64,000 nt of DNA from Armatimonadota bacterium (GCA_046292385.1 JBKBRF010000011.1:1-64000); one strand, 5' to 3'. Positions 11,113-19,989 are shown, counted from the first letter of the stretch. Notes: generated from the letters alone by a model not told the origin. Numbers and translations: made by a program.

Positions 11113-11186
11113 CGCGCCCGGAGGGACTCGAACCCCCGGCCTACAGGTCCGCAACCTGTCGCTCTAATCCGCTGAGCTACGGGCGC
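11113..11186 (-). tRNA. tRNA-Arg, anticodon GCG (CCA not encoded)
   Basis: GCGCCCG acceptor stem, TAGCTCAGCGGATTAGAGC D arm, ACAGG-TTGCGGA-CCTGT anticodon arm, GGGGG-TTCGAGT-CCCTC T arm. Confidence 0.95.
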
Positions 11187-11203
11187 AGGTCGATTGCAAC
11201 CGG

Positions 11204-11232
11204 AGTATAGCATCGGGATTGGGGACCGTCAA
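11204..11232 (-). promoter_or_regulatory. Sigma70 promoter of the tRNA
   Basis: TTGACG-N17-TATACT on the minus strand. Confidence 0.7.
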
Positions 11233-11399
11233 GAGGGGAGATTGGGGGCCTGCGGGGATCAGGGGTCAATGGTTGCCGTGGCTCCCGCGCAAGGATGCGG
11301 TTCATGAACCGGCAGGCAACGCCGCGGTTCCCTTGAATTGCGCGGTGCCCACCCCCTACCCCCGAAATCTGGTCCCCGACCACTGAAACCTGAATACTT

Positions 11400-11429
11400 T
11401 TGACGCTCCCGGACCGGCGTCGGTATACT
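11400..11429 (+). promoter_or_regulatory. Sigma70 promoter of the uncharacterised membrane cluster
   Basis: TTGACG-N18-TATACT about 50 bp upstream of ATG 11480. Confidence 0.65.
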
Positions 11430-11479
11430 CTGCGCGTCGCGCGCCCATAGGCTTTTTCTATACGGCCCCCGCCTTCACC

Positions 11480-11944
11480 ATGCCGATTGATGTCGCCATC
11501 TCCCCTGCCCCAGACGCCGTCCCCCTGGAGGGCGAGGAGCTGGAGTGGCGCGTCCACCTGCTGCGCGAGCGGCCGGCCGGCGGCGTGGCCGTAGCGGCGG
11601 CAGTCGCGGCGGCCGCGACCTGGGGCTTCTTGCTGTTCCAGCACCCGGTGGCGGGGCTGGTAGGCGCGGGGCTGGTGCTCGCCTCGGCTGGGGAGTTCGT
11701 CTTTCCGCTGCACTGCCGGCTGAACGCGGAGGGCGCGGAGGTGCGGAACCCGTTCGCGTGGCGGAAGATCGCGTGGAAGGACGTGCGGCGCGTCTACACC
11801 GGTGAGGAAGGGGTCCGGCTGTCGCCCCTGGCTCACGGCGGGGTGGGGGACGGGTTCCGGGGCGTGCTGCTGCGCTGCCGGGGGAACCGCGAAGAGGTGC
11901 TCCAGGTGGTGCGGAGGTATCGGGATGCTGCCCGGGATGTCTGA
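11480..11944 (+). CDS. Hypothetical membrane protein (2 TM plus PH-like domain)
   Basis: Two hydrophobic segments, then a beta-rich domain with IAWKDVRRV typical of bacterial PH folds. Confidence 0.75.
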   Translation: MPIDVAISPAPDAVPLEGEELEWRVHLLRERPAGGVAVAAAVAAAATWGFLLFQHPVAGLVGAGLVLASAGEFVFPLHCRLNAEGAEVRNPFAWRKIAWKDVRRVYTGEEGVRLSPLAHGGVGDGFRGVLLRCRGNREEVLQVVRRYRDAARDV

Positions 11945-12272
11945 GCTCTCTCTGGAAGAGCGGGACCGCCTGCTCGACCGCATGGCCGACGAGGTGCTGA
12001 AGCGGCGGCTGGAGGTGCCGGCGATCCTGGCGCTGGAGCTGCACCGCCCGCTCACCTTCCTCGGCAGCCAGGCGGTGGCGCTCTTCACGCCGATGCTCGC
12101 GCCGGCGTTCGGCCTCGCCAACCTGGAGAAGCTCTACCACTTGCTGGAAGACCGTGGGAACCTCGACCTCCTGCTGGAGCGGATCGAAGCGGGCGCGGCC
12201 GAGCGGCGCGGTGAAGGGTGCTCTCCGGAGCCGGTGTCGGCCGCGGCTGCCGCGGGAAAGAGCGAGCCATGA
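11937..12272 (+). CDS. Small conserved hypothetical protein
   Basis: Helical protein RRLEVPAILALELHRPLTFLGSQ..LLEDRGNLDLLLERIE; overlaps both neighbours. An alternative ATG is at 11925. Confidence 0.75.
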   Translation: MSELSLEERDRLLDRMADEVLKRRLEVPAILALELHRPLTFLGSQAVALFTPMLAPAFGLANLEKLYHLLEDRGNLDLLLERIEAGAAERRGEGCSPEPVSAAAAAGKSEP

Positions 12273-13225
12273 ACGTAAACACGGTCCAGGCCCCCGCCCC
12301 GGACGCCGGCCCCGTCCCGCGCCGCTCCTGGTTCGGCATGCTGTGCGGTGGGCTCCTCCTGGTCGGGATGCTGCTCGGTCTCGCCGCCCTTTTCGGTCCG
12401 GCGCACTTCCGGTCCGGCGCCTACTGGCGGGAGTTCCTGGCGGCGCGCGGGCTGGTGCTCGTCTTCTCGCTGCTGATCCTGGGGGCGATCCTCGACGCGC
12501 GCCGCGGCGGCGAGGTCTTCATCCGCCGCATTCCCGGGCTCGGCGCGATCGATGAGACGGTCGGACGCGCCACCGAGATGGGCCGTCCGATCACCTTCTC
12601 GCTCGGGATGAGCCAGTCGCTCGACATCATCGCGATGCAGTCGCTCGCCATCGCGCTCCACGTGATCCGGCTCGCCATCGTCTTCGGGACCCGCGTGATC
12701 GTGACGATGCGGAACGCCACCGTTTACGCCGTGGCGGACGAGACGATCCGCGAGGCTTACACGGCCGCCGGGCGGCCGGAGAGCTACCACCCGGAGGACG
12801 TGCGGTTCCTCTCGGACCGGCAGTTCGCCTACGCTTCCGCGATGATGGGAACGATCATCCGCGAGCGCGCCGCCTCCAACTACATGTTCGGGCAGTTCTA
12901 CGCGGAGTCGCTAATCCTGGCGGAGGCCGGCAACCAGGTCGGCGCGATCCAGGTAGCGGGGACGCCGGCGACCACCCAGATCCCGTTCTTCGTGGCGACC
13001 TGCGACTACACGATCATCGGCGACGAGTACTACGCCGCCACCGCCTATCTCACGCGCGATCCGATCCTCTCCGGCAGTCTGCAGGGGCAGGACCGCGCCA
13101 AGATGCTGCTGCTCGCCCTGATCCTGTTCGGCGTGGTGGCAGTGACGGTGCTCGCGCTGCTCGGCGGAGAGACGGCGGCCGGCTGGAGCGCCGCGCTCAT
13201 CGAGTTGTTCTCGGAAGGGAAGTAG
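12269..13225 (+). CDS. DUF6754-like membrane-anchored protein
   Basis: IRRIPGLGAIDETVGRATEMGRP, FYAESLILAEAG, QIPFFVATCDYTIIGDEYYAATAYL recalled as DUF6754 signatures; N- and C-terminal TM helices; ATGA coupling. Confidence 0.75.
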   Translation: MNVNTVQAPAPDAGPVPRRSWFGMLCGGLLLVGMLLGLAALFGPAHFRSGAYWREFLAARGLVLVFSLLILGAILDARRGGEVFIRRIPGLGAIDETVGRATEMGRPITFSLGMSQSLDIIAMQSLAIALHVIRLAIVFGTRVIVTMRNATVYAVADETIREAYTAAGRPESYHPEDVRFLSDRQFAYASAMMGTIIRERAASNYMFGQFYAESLILAEAGNQVGAIQVAGTPATTQIPFFVATCDYTIIGDEYYAATAYLTRDPILSGSLQGQDRAKMLLLALILFGVVAVTVLALLGGETAAGWSAALIELFSEGK

Positions 13226-13261
13226 GACCGTACGTGAGAGACCGGGGAGCGCCTGGACCGC

Positions 13262-14128
13262 ATGCCTGATCTTGCCACCCTCCTGTTCTGGCTGAAAGTC
13301 GCCGGAGCGCTCGCGGCAGCGCTCGGCCTGCTGGCAGTGCTGCACTTCACGCCGGGACAGTTCAAGCGCGTCCTGATCATCGGCCTCACCTTCGTGGCCG
13401 GCTTGTTCTACGTGCTGGAGTTCTTCGTGCCTCCGGACCCGGTCACGGAAGCCGCCCTGCTCGGCCCGTGGAACCTGACGGATACCGTGGGGACGATCGG
13501 CCGCGTCACGCAGGTGGTAGCCGGTTTCACCTTCCTGCTGGGCGTCTTCAACCTGGCGCGGATCCACGGCAACAACATCCGCAGGCTCCGGGCCGGCTGG
13601 CACAATAGCGCGGCGTTTTTCGTCGCCTTTCTGGCCATGACGATCACCGCGGTCTGGCGGGACTGGAACACCTGGTTCCCCGCCAACCCCGTCTTCACGC
13701 CGCTGTGGATCAACGACATCCGCCCGGAGAACGCCGCCCTCCCCCACGACGCCTACACGCTGCTCTTCCAGGGCCTGTGGCGCAACCTGGAGGCGACGAT
13801 GTTCTCCATCCTCGCCTTCTACATCGTCTCCGCCGCCTACCGGGCGTTCCGGGTGCGCAGCGGCGAGGCGGCGGTGCTGATGATCGTGGCCGTGATCCTG
13901 ATGATGGGGCAGGTCCCGCTGGGGATGGCGCTCACCAACTGGATCCCGCCGGAACCGGGTCCGTTTGCGATTCTGCGGATCGAATCGTTCAGCCAGTACG
14001 TCCTCGTAGCGATCAACGGCCCCGTCCAGCGCGCTATCGAGTTCGGCATCGGCCTCGGCTCCCTCGCCATGGCGCTCCGGATCTGGCTGAGCCTGGAGCG
14101 AGGCACCTACTTCGACGCGGCAGACTAG
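13262..14128 (+). CDS. Hypothetical polytopic membrane protein
   Basis: About 7 hydrophobic segments; ATMFSILAFYIVSAAYRAFRVRS and RAIEFGIGLG..LRIWLSLER motifs. Confidence 0.85.
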   Translation: MPDLATLLFWLKVAGALAAALGLLAVLHFTPGQFKRVLIIGLTFVAGLFYVLEFFVPPDPVTEAALLGPWNLTDTVGTIGRVTQVVAGFTFLLGVFNLARIHGNNIRRLRAGWHNSAAFFVAFLAMTITAVWRDWNTWFPANPVFTPLWINDIRPENAALPHDAYTLLFQGLWRNLEATMFSILAFYIVSAAYRAFRVRSGEAAVLMIVAVILMMGQVPLGMALTNWIPPEPGPFAILRIESFSQYVLVAINGPVQRAIEFGIGLGSLAMALRIWLSLERGTYFDAAD

Positions 14129-14146
14129 GCGCACACCGCTGGCCGG

Positions 14147-14179
14147 CTAGACCCTAGACCCTGAACCCTAGACCCTGAG
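14147..14179. repeat. Heptamer tandem repeat (CTAGACC/CTGAACC)
   Basis: ctagaccctagaccctgaaccctagaccctgag; similar runs at 289-314 and 23261-23280. Confidence 0.6.
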
Positions 14180-14180
14180 C

Positions 14181-15056
14181 ATGCAAGCGCCAACCAGAAA
14201 CCCAAGCTGGGAAGACCGGATCGGACGCATCGACCGCCGCCTCGTCTACTGCGGGCTCTTCCTATTCACGCTGATCCCGCTGCTGCTGGGCGTCCAGCTT
14301 CCGCTTTACGTGACGCGTCCCACCATCATGCTCTGGGAGACGATCGAGGCGCTGCCGCAGGACCGGCTGGTGCTGATCAGCTCCAACTGGGATGCCGGCA
14401 CGCAGGCGGAGACCGGACCGCAGCTCGTCGCAATCGCGCGGCACCTGATCCGGCGCAACCTGCGCTTCGCCATCTTCTCGATCGGCTACCCCACCTCGCC
14501 ACAGCTCGCGCAGACGGCGGTGGAGCAGGCGATCCTGCTGGAGGGGGCGCGGGACACCTGGGTCTACGGCGAAGACTGGATCAACATGGGCTACAAGCAG
14601 CCGGAGCTACCGTGGCTGCGGGCGTTCGCCGCCGATATCCGGAGCGGTTACACCACCGACTGGAAAGGCGTGCCGCTCGATAGCTTCGCGCTGATGCAGG
14701 GCGTGCGGCGGTTCGGGCCGCGCGGGCAGATCAGCGCGCTGGTGGAGGTGACCGGATCGGAGACGGTCGACCGCTGGTACGAGTTCCTGAGCCCCACCGG
14801 CGTCAAGCTGGTCCTCGGCTGCACCGCGGTGATGGCGCCGGAGCAGTATCCCTACCTCGACTCCGGCCAGCTCAACGGCTTGTTGACCGGGATGAAGGGC
14901 GCGGCGGAGTATGAGCAGCTCATCGGCGCGCCGGGCACCGGCCTGGTGTTGATGACGGGGCAATCGTTCGCGCACCTCTACATCGTGCTGCTGATCGCGC
15001 TGGGGAACGCGGCGCTGATCGCCGGCCGGCTGGAGCGGCGGAGGCGCGCGCCATGA
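14181..15056 (+). CDS. Hypothetical protein with N- and C-terminal TM helices and a central soluble domain
   Basis: IDRRLVY + TM; YGEDWINMGY; PYLDSGQLNGLLTGMKGAAEYE; QSFAHL + TM. Confidence 0.85.
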   Translation: MQAPTRNPSWEDRIGRIDRRLVYCGLFLFTLIPLLLGVQLPLYVTRPTIMLWETIEALPQDRLVLISSNWDAGTQAETGPQLVAIARHLIRRNLRFAIFSIGYPTSPQLAQTAVEQAILLEGARDTWVYGEDWINMGYKQPELPWLRAFAADIRSGYTTDWKGVPLDSFALMQGVRRFGPRGQISALVEVTGSETVDRWYEFLSPTGVKLVLGCTAVMAPEQYPYLDSGQLNGLLTGMKGAAEYEQLIGAPGTGLVLMTGQSFAHLYIVLLIALGNAALIAGRLERRRRAP

Positions 15057-15727
15057 TCAGTCCCTTCGTCTTCGAAGGCGCCGTCATCTGGCTGGGCGCG
15101 CTCGCTACGCTGGCGCTCTACTCCGTCCTCTACCGGGAGAACCCGGTCTACCGCTTCGCGGAGCATGTCTTCCTGGGGCTCGCCACCGGGTACGGTCTCT
15201 ACGTGATCTGGCGGGACGTGCTCTTCCCGGTCTGGTTCACCCCGCTCTTCATCGAGCGCCAGTGGGCGTGGATCCTGCCGCTGGTAGCAGGCGGGATGTA
15301 CTACACCATCTACAGCCGCCGGCTCTCCTGGATGAGCCGGCTGGTGATGATGACGATGATGGGCCTGGCGGCGGGACTCACCTTCCGGACCTTCTATGGC
15401 CGCTACATCCCGCAGATCGGCGCCTCCTTCAAGCCGCTCGTCGTGATGGTCCCGAATCCGGATGGAGTGGGCGTGAACCTGCCGGCCAGCCTGTTCACCT
15501 CGTTCACCAACGTGCTCTTCCTCGTCTGCCTCGTCTCCGTGATGGTCTACTTCCTCTTCTCCTTCGAGCAGCGGAACCCGGCCGTACGGCGGACCGCCTC
15601 CCTCGGCCGCTGGCTGATGATGATCGCCTTCGGAGCGATGTTCGGAGCGACCGTGATGGCGCGCCTGTCGCTCTTCATCGGACGCCTCGACTTCCTCTTC
15701 CGGGACTGGATCCCGCTCATTCGCTAA
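15053..15727 (+). CDS. Hypothetical polytopic membrane protein
   Basis: YSVLYRENPVYRFAEHVFLG and GRWLMMIAFGAMFGATVMARLSLFIGR; about 6 TM; ATGA coupling. Confidence 0.85.
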   Translation: MISPFVFEGAVIWLGALATLALYSVLYRENPVYRFAEHVFLGLATGYGLYVIWRDVLFPVWFTPLFIERQWAWILPLVAGGMYYTIYSRRLSWMSRLVMMTMMGLAAGLTFRTFYGRYIPQIGASFKPLVVMVPNPDGVGVNLPASLFTSFTNVLFLVCLVSVMVYFLFSFEQRNPAVRRTASLGRWLMMIAFGAMFGATVMARLSLFIGRLDFLFRDWIPLIR

Positions 15728-15732
15728 CCGCC

Positions 15733-16662
15733 GTGAACTTCCAGCACGTCAAAGCTTTCACCACCATCGCCTCGGTGGGCAGTTTCAGCCGGGCCGCGGA
15801 GCACCTCCATCTCACGCAGCCGACGATCAGCGCGCAGATCCAGGCGCTGGAGAAGTCGCTCGGCGCCCGGCTGTTCGAGCGGTCCGCGCAGGGGATCGCC
15901 CTCACGCAGGCGGGGCACGTCTTCCGACCCTACGCGCTTCAGATGCTGGAGGTGGCGGAGCGGGCGGAGCAGGCGATCGCGGAGCTGCAGGGGCTGGCGC
16001 GTGGCTCTCTCTCCGTCGGCGCCAGCAGCGTGCCGGGCCACTACGTCCTGCCGCGGCTGCTGGCGCTCTACAAGGAGCAGCACCCCGGGATCGACGTCTC
16101 ACTCGAGGTCTCGAACTCCCAGGATGTCCGGGAGGGGGTGCGGGACGGCCGGTTCGAGATCGGGCTGGTCGGCGAGCAGGTGCGCGACGAGCGCCTGTCC
16201 TACCGCCCCCTCGTCTCGGACCAGCTCGTGGTCGCCATGCGGCCGGGGCACCCGCTCGCCGGGCGCGCGTCGTTGACGCCGGCCGACCTCTCCGGGCAGC
16301 GGCTGGTAATGCGGGAGCACGGCTCCGCGACCCGCGCCACGCTGGAGCGGGCCCTCGTGCAGGCCCACGTCCTGCCCGGCTCGCTGCAGGTGCTGATGGA
16401 GCTCGGCAGCGCGGAGGCCGTGAAAAAGGTGGTGGCCTCCGTCGACTCGCTCGCAGTCCTGAGCGAGTGGTCAGTCGCCGACGAGCAGCGGATGGGGCTG
16501 CTGCGCGTCGTGCCGCTGGCGGGACTCGACCTCCGCCGCGAGCTCTTCCTCGTCCGGCGCACCCACGGTCTCCTCTCCCGCGCCGGCGAAGCGTTCGTCA
16601 CCTTCCTGGCCGAAGAGCTCCAACCCAGGCCCGAGCCGCAGCCCGAACCTCAAAGGAGATGA
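15733..16662 (+). CDS. LysR family regulator (CysL-like subfamily)
   Basis: SFSRAAEHLHLTQPTISAQIQALE HTH; GASSVPGHYVLP and MREHGSATR are typical of CysL-like LTTRs; GTG start 5 bp after the upstream stop. Confidence 0.9.
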   Translation: MNFQHVKAFTTIASVGSFSRAAEHLHLTQPTISAQIQALEKSLGARLFERSAQGIALTQAGHVFRPYALQMLEVAERAEQAIAELQGLARGSLSVGASSVPGHYVLPRLLALYKEQHPGIDVSLEVSNSQDVREGVRDGRFEIGLVGEQVRDERLSYRPLVSDQLVVAMRPGHPLAGRASLTPADLSGQRLVMREHGSATRATLERALVQAHVLPGSLQVLMELGSAEAVKKVVASVDSLAVLSEWSVADEQRMGLLRVVPLAGLDLRRELFLVRRTHGLLSRAGEAFVTFLAEELQPRPEPQPEPQRR

Positions 16663-16824
16663 GAGGATGAGCTGGGGATGAGGGGGATGGACCGGCCGGA
16701 TTCTCTGAAGGCGAGGCGACCAGCCGGTACATCTACACCACTCAGTTCCGGATCCGGCGCCGGGGCTGAGACAGGCTCCATCCTCGGGCTGCAGAGATCG
16801 AGGCCCGGAGCGCCTGCCCCCCGG

Positions 16825-18087
16825 CTAGGCGCGGCGGGCGGTCCAGAGGAGTGCGTTGTGGAGTAGGCGCTGCAGCTCGTGCGACGGATCGCCGGGCTGC
16901 ACCGCGGGCTGGAAGTAAAAGACGCGGCCTTTGGCGGCGTTCCAGGCCAGACCCTGCCAGATCCGCGCGTCGCCCGCGGTGGTATCGAAGACCACCACGT
17001 CCGGGCGCGGACCGTCCCACGCGCCGGTGAAGTGGCGCGCGTCCTGAATGTGGAAGCCGGAGAGGCCGCTCGCGACCGGGTGCCGCGGTGCGGTGACGCG
17101 CAGCTCCAGGGGAGCCTCGGAGGCCTGCATCGCACCGGTCCAGCGGCAGTCACCGCCCAGTACCGGCCGCAGCAGCGAGCTCTCCATCGCGCCGTGCAGC
17201 GCTACCAGCCCCATCCCCTCGTCGCGGACGCGGCGGGCGATAACAGCGGCGCGGTCAGCCGGCAGCTCTCCACCCAGGTAGACCAGCACTTCCGCGCGGC
17301 GCAGCGCGGCGTCGTCCAGCCCGGCCGGGTCGACCGTCACCACCTCCACGGAGGCATCGCGGCCCAGCGTCTCGGCCGCCGCACTCGTCTCCGCCGAACT
17401 GCCGCAGACGAGGACGCGGACCGGTCCGGACGCTTCCGCCTCTTCCGCCAGGCTCAGGTGCGCCATGGCGGCACCGGCGGCGGCGACGGTTCCCATCCGC
17501 AGGAAAGCGCGGCGGCTGTGCGCGCGAGGGGCCGCGGCCGGCTCCTCTTCCGCGCCGCCGATGCCGCCCAGCAGCTTTCGCAGGTAATTGTGGGCGCGGT
17601 GCAGCCGGGAGCGGATGGTGCCGACCGGGCACTCTTCCGCCTGGGCCGCCTCTTCATAAGTGGCGCCTTCCAGGTCGCACAACAGCACGGTGGCGCGGTG
17701 GACCGGCTGAAGTGAGTCGAGCGCGGTCTGAAACGGCTGGTCCAGGTGCTCCAGGAGCAGCGCCTCTTCCGGGTCGGCGTCCGGATCCGGGAGGTCGAGA
17801 GACTGCCCGTCCCGCGTCGTCTGCTCCAGAGAGACGGTGGGGTGCTGCTTCCGCCGCACGCGGTCGAGGTGGTTGTTCGTCATGATCCGCGCCACCCAGC
17901 TGTAGAACTGGCTATCGGCGCGGAAGCGGTGAAAGCCGCGGTAGGCGTCGATGAGCGTCTCCTGCAGCAGGTCATCCGCGTCTTCCGCGTTACCCGCCAG
18001 GCGTCGAGCCAGGCGCTGGAACGCGGCCCGATGGCGGGCGACCAACTCTTCGTACGTCTCGGCCGAGCCCTGGAATAGCGTCGACAA
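16825..18087 (-). CDS. ECF sigma factor fused via a twin-arginine-like segment to a ThuA-like domain
   Basis: Sigma2 (DADDLLQETLIDAYR..FYSWVARI), sigma4 (YEEAA..PVGTIRSRLHRA), SRRAFL + hydrophobic stretch + AEA, then GMGLVALH, HPVASGL, KGRVFYFQP, NALLW. TTG start after GGAGGGAGG. Confidence 0.85.
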   Translation of the reverse strand: MSTLFQGSAETYEELVARHRAAFQRLARRLAGNAEDADDLLQETLIDAYRGFHRFRADSQFYSWVARIMTNNHLDRVRRKQHPTVSLEQTTRDGQSLDLPDPDADPEEALLLEHLDQPFQTALDSLQPVHRATVLLCDLEGATYEEAAQAEECPVGTIRSRLHRAHNYLRKLLGGIGGAEEEPAAAPRAHSRRAFLRMGTVAAAGAAMAHLSLAEEAEASGPVRVLVCGSSAETSAAAETLGRDASVEVVTVDPAGLDDAALRRAEVLVYLGGELPADRAAVIARRVRDEGMGLVALHGAMESSLLRPVLGGDCRWTGAMQASEAPLELRVTAPRHPVASGLSGFHIQDARHFTGAWDGPRPDVVVFDTTAGDARIWQGLAWNAAKGRVFYFQPAVQPGDPSHELQRLLHNALLWTARRA

Positions 18088-18135
18088 GCGAACTACCTCC
18101 CTCCGCCGAGCGACTTCGTGGCGGGGACCACCTTC

Positions 18136-18165
18136 ATTATCCCCCCTTTCGAGAGTCCAGGTCAA
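18136..18165 (-). promoter_or_regulatory. Putative sigma70 promoter of the ECF fusion gene
   Basis: TTGACC-N18-GATAAT on the minus strand. Confidence 0.45.
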
Positions 18166-18342
18166 GCGCGCGGCCCGGCTGACTGAAACAAATCATCCGT
18201 TCGCCCCGAGCCTCCGCGGGACCGTGTCTGAGGAGCTCGATCTATGCCTGAGTCCGCCGGACCGGCGGGGTTGAGCCGGCGCCGGTGGGGTAAATTGGGG
18301 TTGCCGAACCCTCACCGAGAGCTGAATCAAGGAGGTTTCCCG

Positions 18343-18558
18343 ATGAATGAGGATATCGCCGGCACCCAGACCACCGACCGACGCCGCGAGTACGGCACCT
18401 GCGCAGAGTGCGGCCAGGTCTTCCGCCGACGCGACGGCTACGTGGAGCCGTCGGGGCTGACCGACGACAGCCACTCCGAGTTCTCCGAGCTCTGCCCCGA
18501 GTGCGAGCGGCTGGACCTCACCGGCGAGCGGCCCCTTTTCACGGGTCCCGAGGAGTAG
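18343..18558 (+). CDS. Small acidic protein with two CxxC motifs (putative Zn ribbon)
   Basis: AAGGAGG RBS; CAEC ... CPEC; coding-like codon bias. Confidence 0.7.
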   Translation: MNEDIAGTQTTDRRREYGTCAECGQVFRRRDGYVEPSGLTDDSHSEFSELCPECERLDLTGERPLFTGPEE

Positions 18559-18954
18559 CCCTCCCCGCACCCCGACAGCGGCCACCTCTGGTCCGGCGAA
18601 GGTCCTGCAGGACCGCAGCCGGACCTCTGTGCGCCCCCTCGGCGGAGGGGGCGAGCTTGAGCGCCGGGAGCACCCCCGTGAACTGAGCGTCCGGTGCGGA
18701 GCTCTCGCTCGGTCGCGGGATGACGGCCGCGGTGTCGACGCCAGATTGGGGCTGCTAGCCCGCAGGGCGTGAAAAGCCCCGATCTGGCCCAGAACGCGGG
18801 AGGGGGTGCTCCCGGAGCGAGGGCTGGGGTGGGAACCTCGTGTCGACGCTGCCCCGGCCAGGCAGATCCGAGGTTGGCGACCCGATCAACGCGACCAAGG
18901 TCCGCTAACCCCTCCCCAACCCGACGTGATAGCTTCTTCCGGGAGGAAACCACC

Positions 18955-19989
18955 GTGAGCAGCGTCCGCTTCGGGATCGTCGGGTTGGGAATTGGTCGGG
19001 ACCAGGGTCGGGCCATCGCGAACGACCCCCGTGGGCGCGTGACCGCGCTCTGCGACCTCAGCGAGGAGCGGATGGAGGCGTACGCCGCCGAGCTGCCGGA
19101 GGCGGTGCGGCGCCACACCTCCTACGAAGCGCTGTGCCGCGATCCGGAAGTCGACGCCGTCTTCGTCGGCACGCCGAACCAGCTCCACGTCCCGGTGGCG
19201 CTCGCCGCCGTCCGTGCGGGTAAGCACGTGCTGGTAACCAAGCCGCTTTCGGACAGCGAAGCGGCGGCGCGAGAGCTGGTCGACGCCGCGGAGCGCTCCG
19301 GCGTGGTGGCGATGATGTCGCTCGGCATGCGCTTCGGCGGCCCGATCCGGCACCTGGGCGGTCTCTCCCGCGGCGGCGAACTGGGGGAGACCTACTACGC
19401 GCGGGCGCGGAGCGTGCGCCGCAGCGGCATTCCGGACTGGGGCGCGCACTTCATCCGGCAGGGCGGCGGCGCGTTCCGAGACATGGGCGTCCACGCCCTC
19501 GACGCCGCCTGGTGGCTGATCGGCTGTCCTGCCCCGGTGAGCGCCACCGGCGTGGCCGGCGCGAAGTTCGGACCACGCGGGCAGGGCTACTGGGAGTACC
19601 ACTCCGTAAGCCCCGAATTCGCGGCCCAGTACGAGGCGGACGACTATGGCGCCGGGCTGGTCCGGTTCGAGAACGGCGCGGCAATCCAGGTGGAGAGCTT
19701 CTGGGCCTCCCACCAGCCCGACGAGTTCCAGATCGAGCTGTTCGGCACCGAAGCCGGCGCCCGCCTCGATCCGATGACGCTCTACCGCACGGTCGACGGC
19801 CGTCCCGTAGACGAGCCGCTCTCCCCTCCGGATACGGAAGGCTTCGTGAACGTCGCCGCGCACTTCATGGCATGCGTGCTCGACGGCGCCCGCTGCGAAG
19901 CCCCCCTCTCCCACGGCCTCACCGTCCAGCGCATGCTGGAAGCCGTCCTCCGCAGCGCCGAAACCGGAGCCGAAGTGCGCCTGGATTGA
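18955..19989 (+). CDS. Gfo/Idh/MocA family oxidoreductase
   Basis: GIVGLGIG, VDAVFVGTPNQLH, GKHVLVTKP, GGGAFRDMGVHALD; GGAGG RBS before GTG. Confidence 0.93.
   Translation: MSSVRFGIVGLGIGRDQGRAIANDPRGRVTALCDLSEERMEAYAAELPEAVRRHTSYEALCRDPEVDAVFVGTPNQLHVPVALAAVRAGKHVLVTKPLSDSEAAARELVDAAERSGVVAMMSLGMRFGGPIRHLGGLSRGGELGETYYARARSVRRSGIPDWGAHFIRQGGGAFRDMGVHALDAAWWLIGCPAPVSATGVAGAKFGPRGQGYWEYHSVSPEFAAQYEADDYGAGLVRFENGAAIQVESFWASHQPDEFQIELFGTEAGARLDPMTLYRTVDGRPVDEPLSPPDTEGFVNVAAHFMACVLDGARCEAPLSHGLTVQRMLEAVLRSAETGAEVRLD

Noticed and set aside
11100..11130. tRNA 3' end as an integration site
   Set aside because: No duplicated tRNA end or integrase seen in the window.
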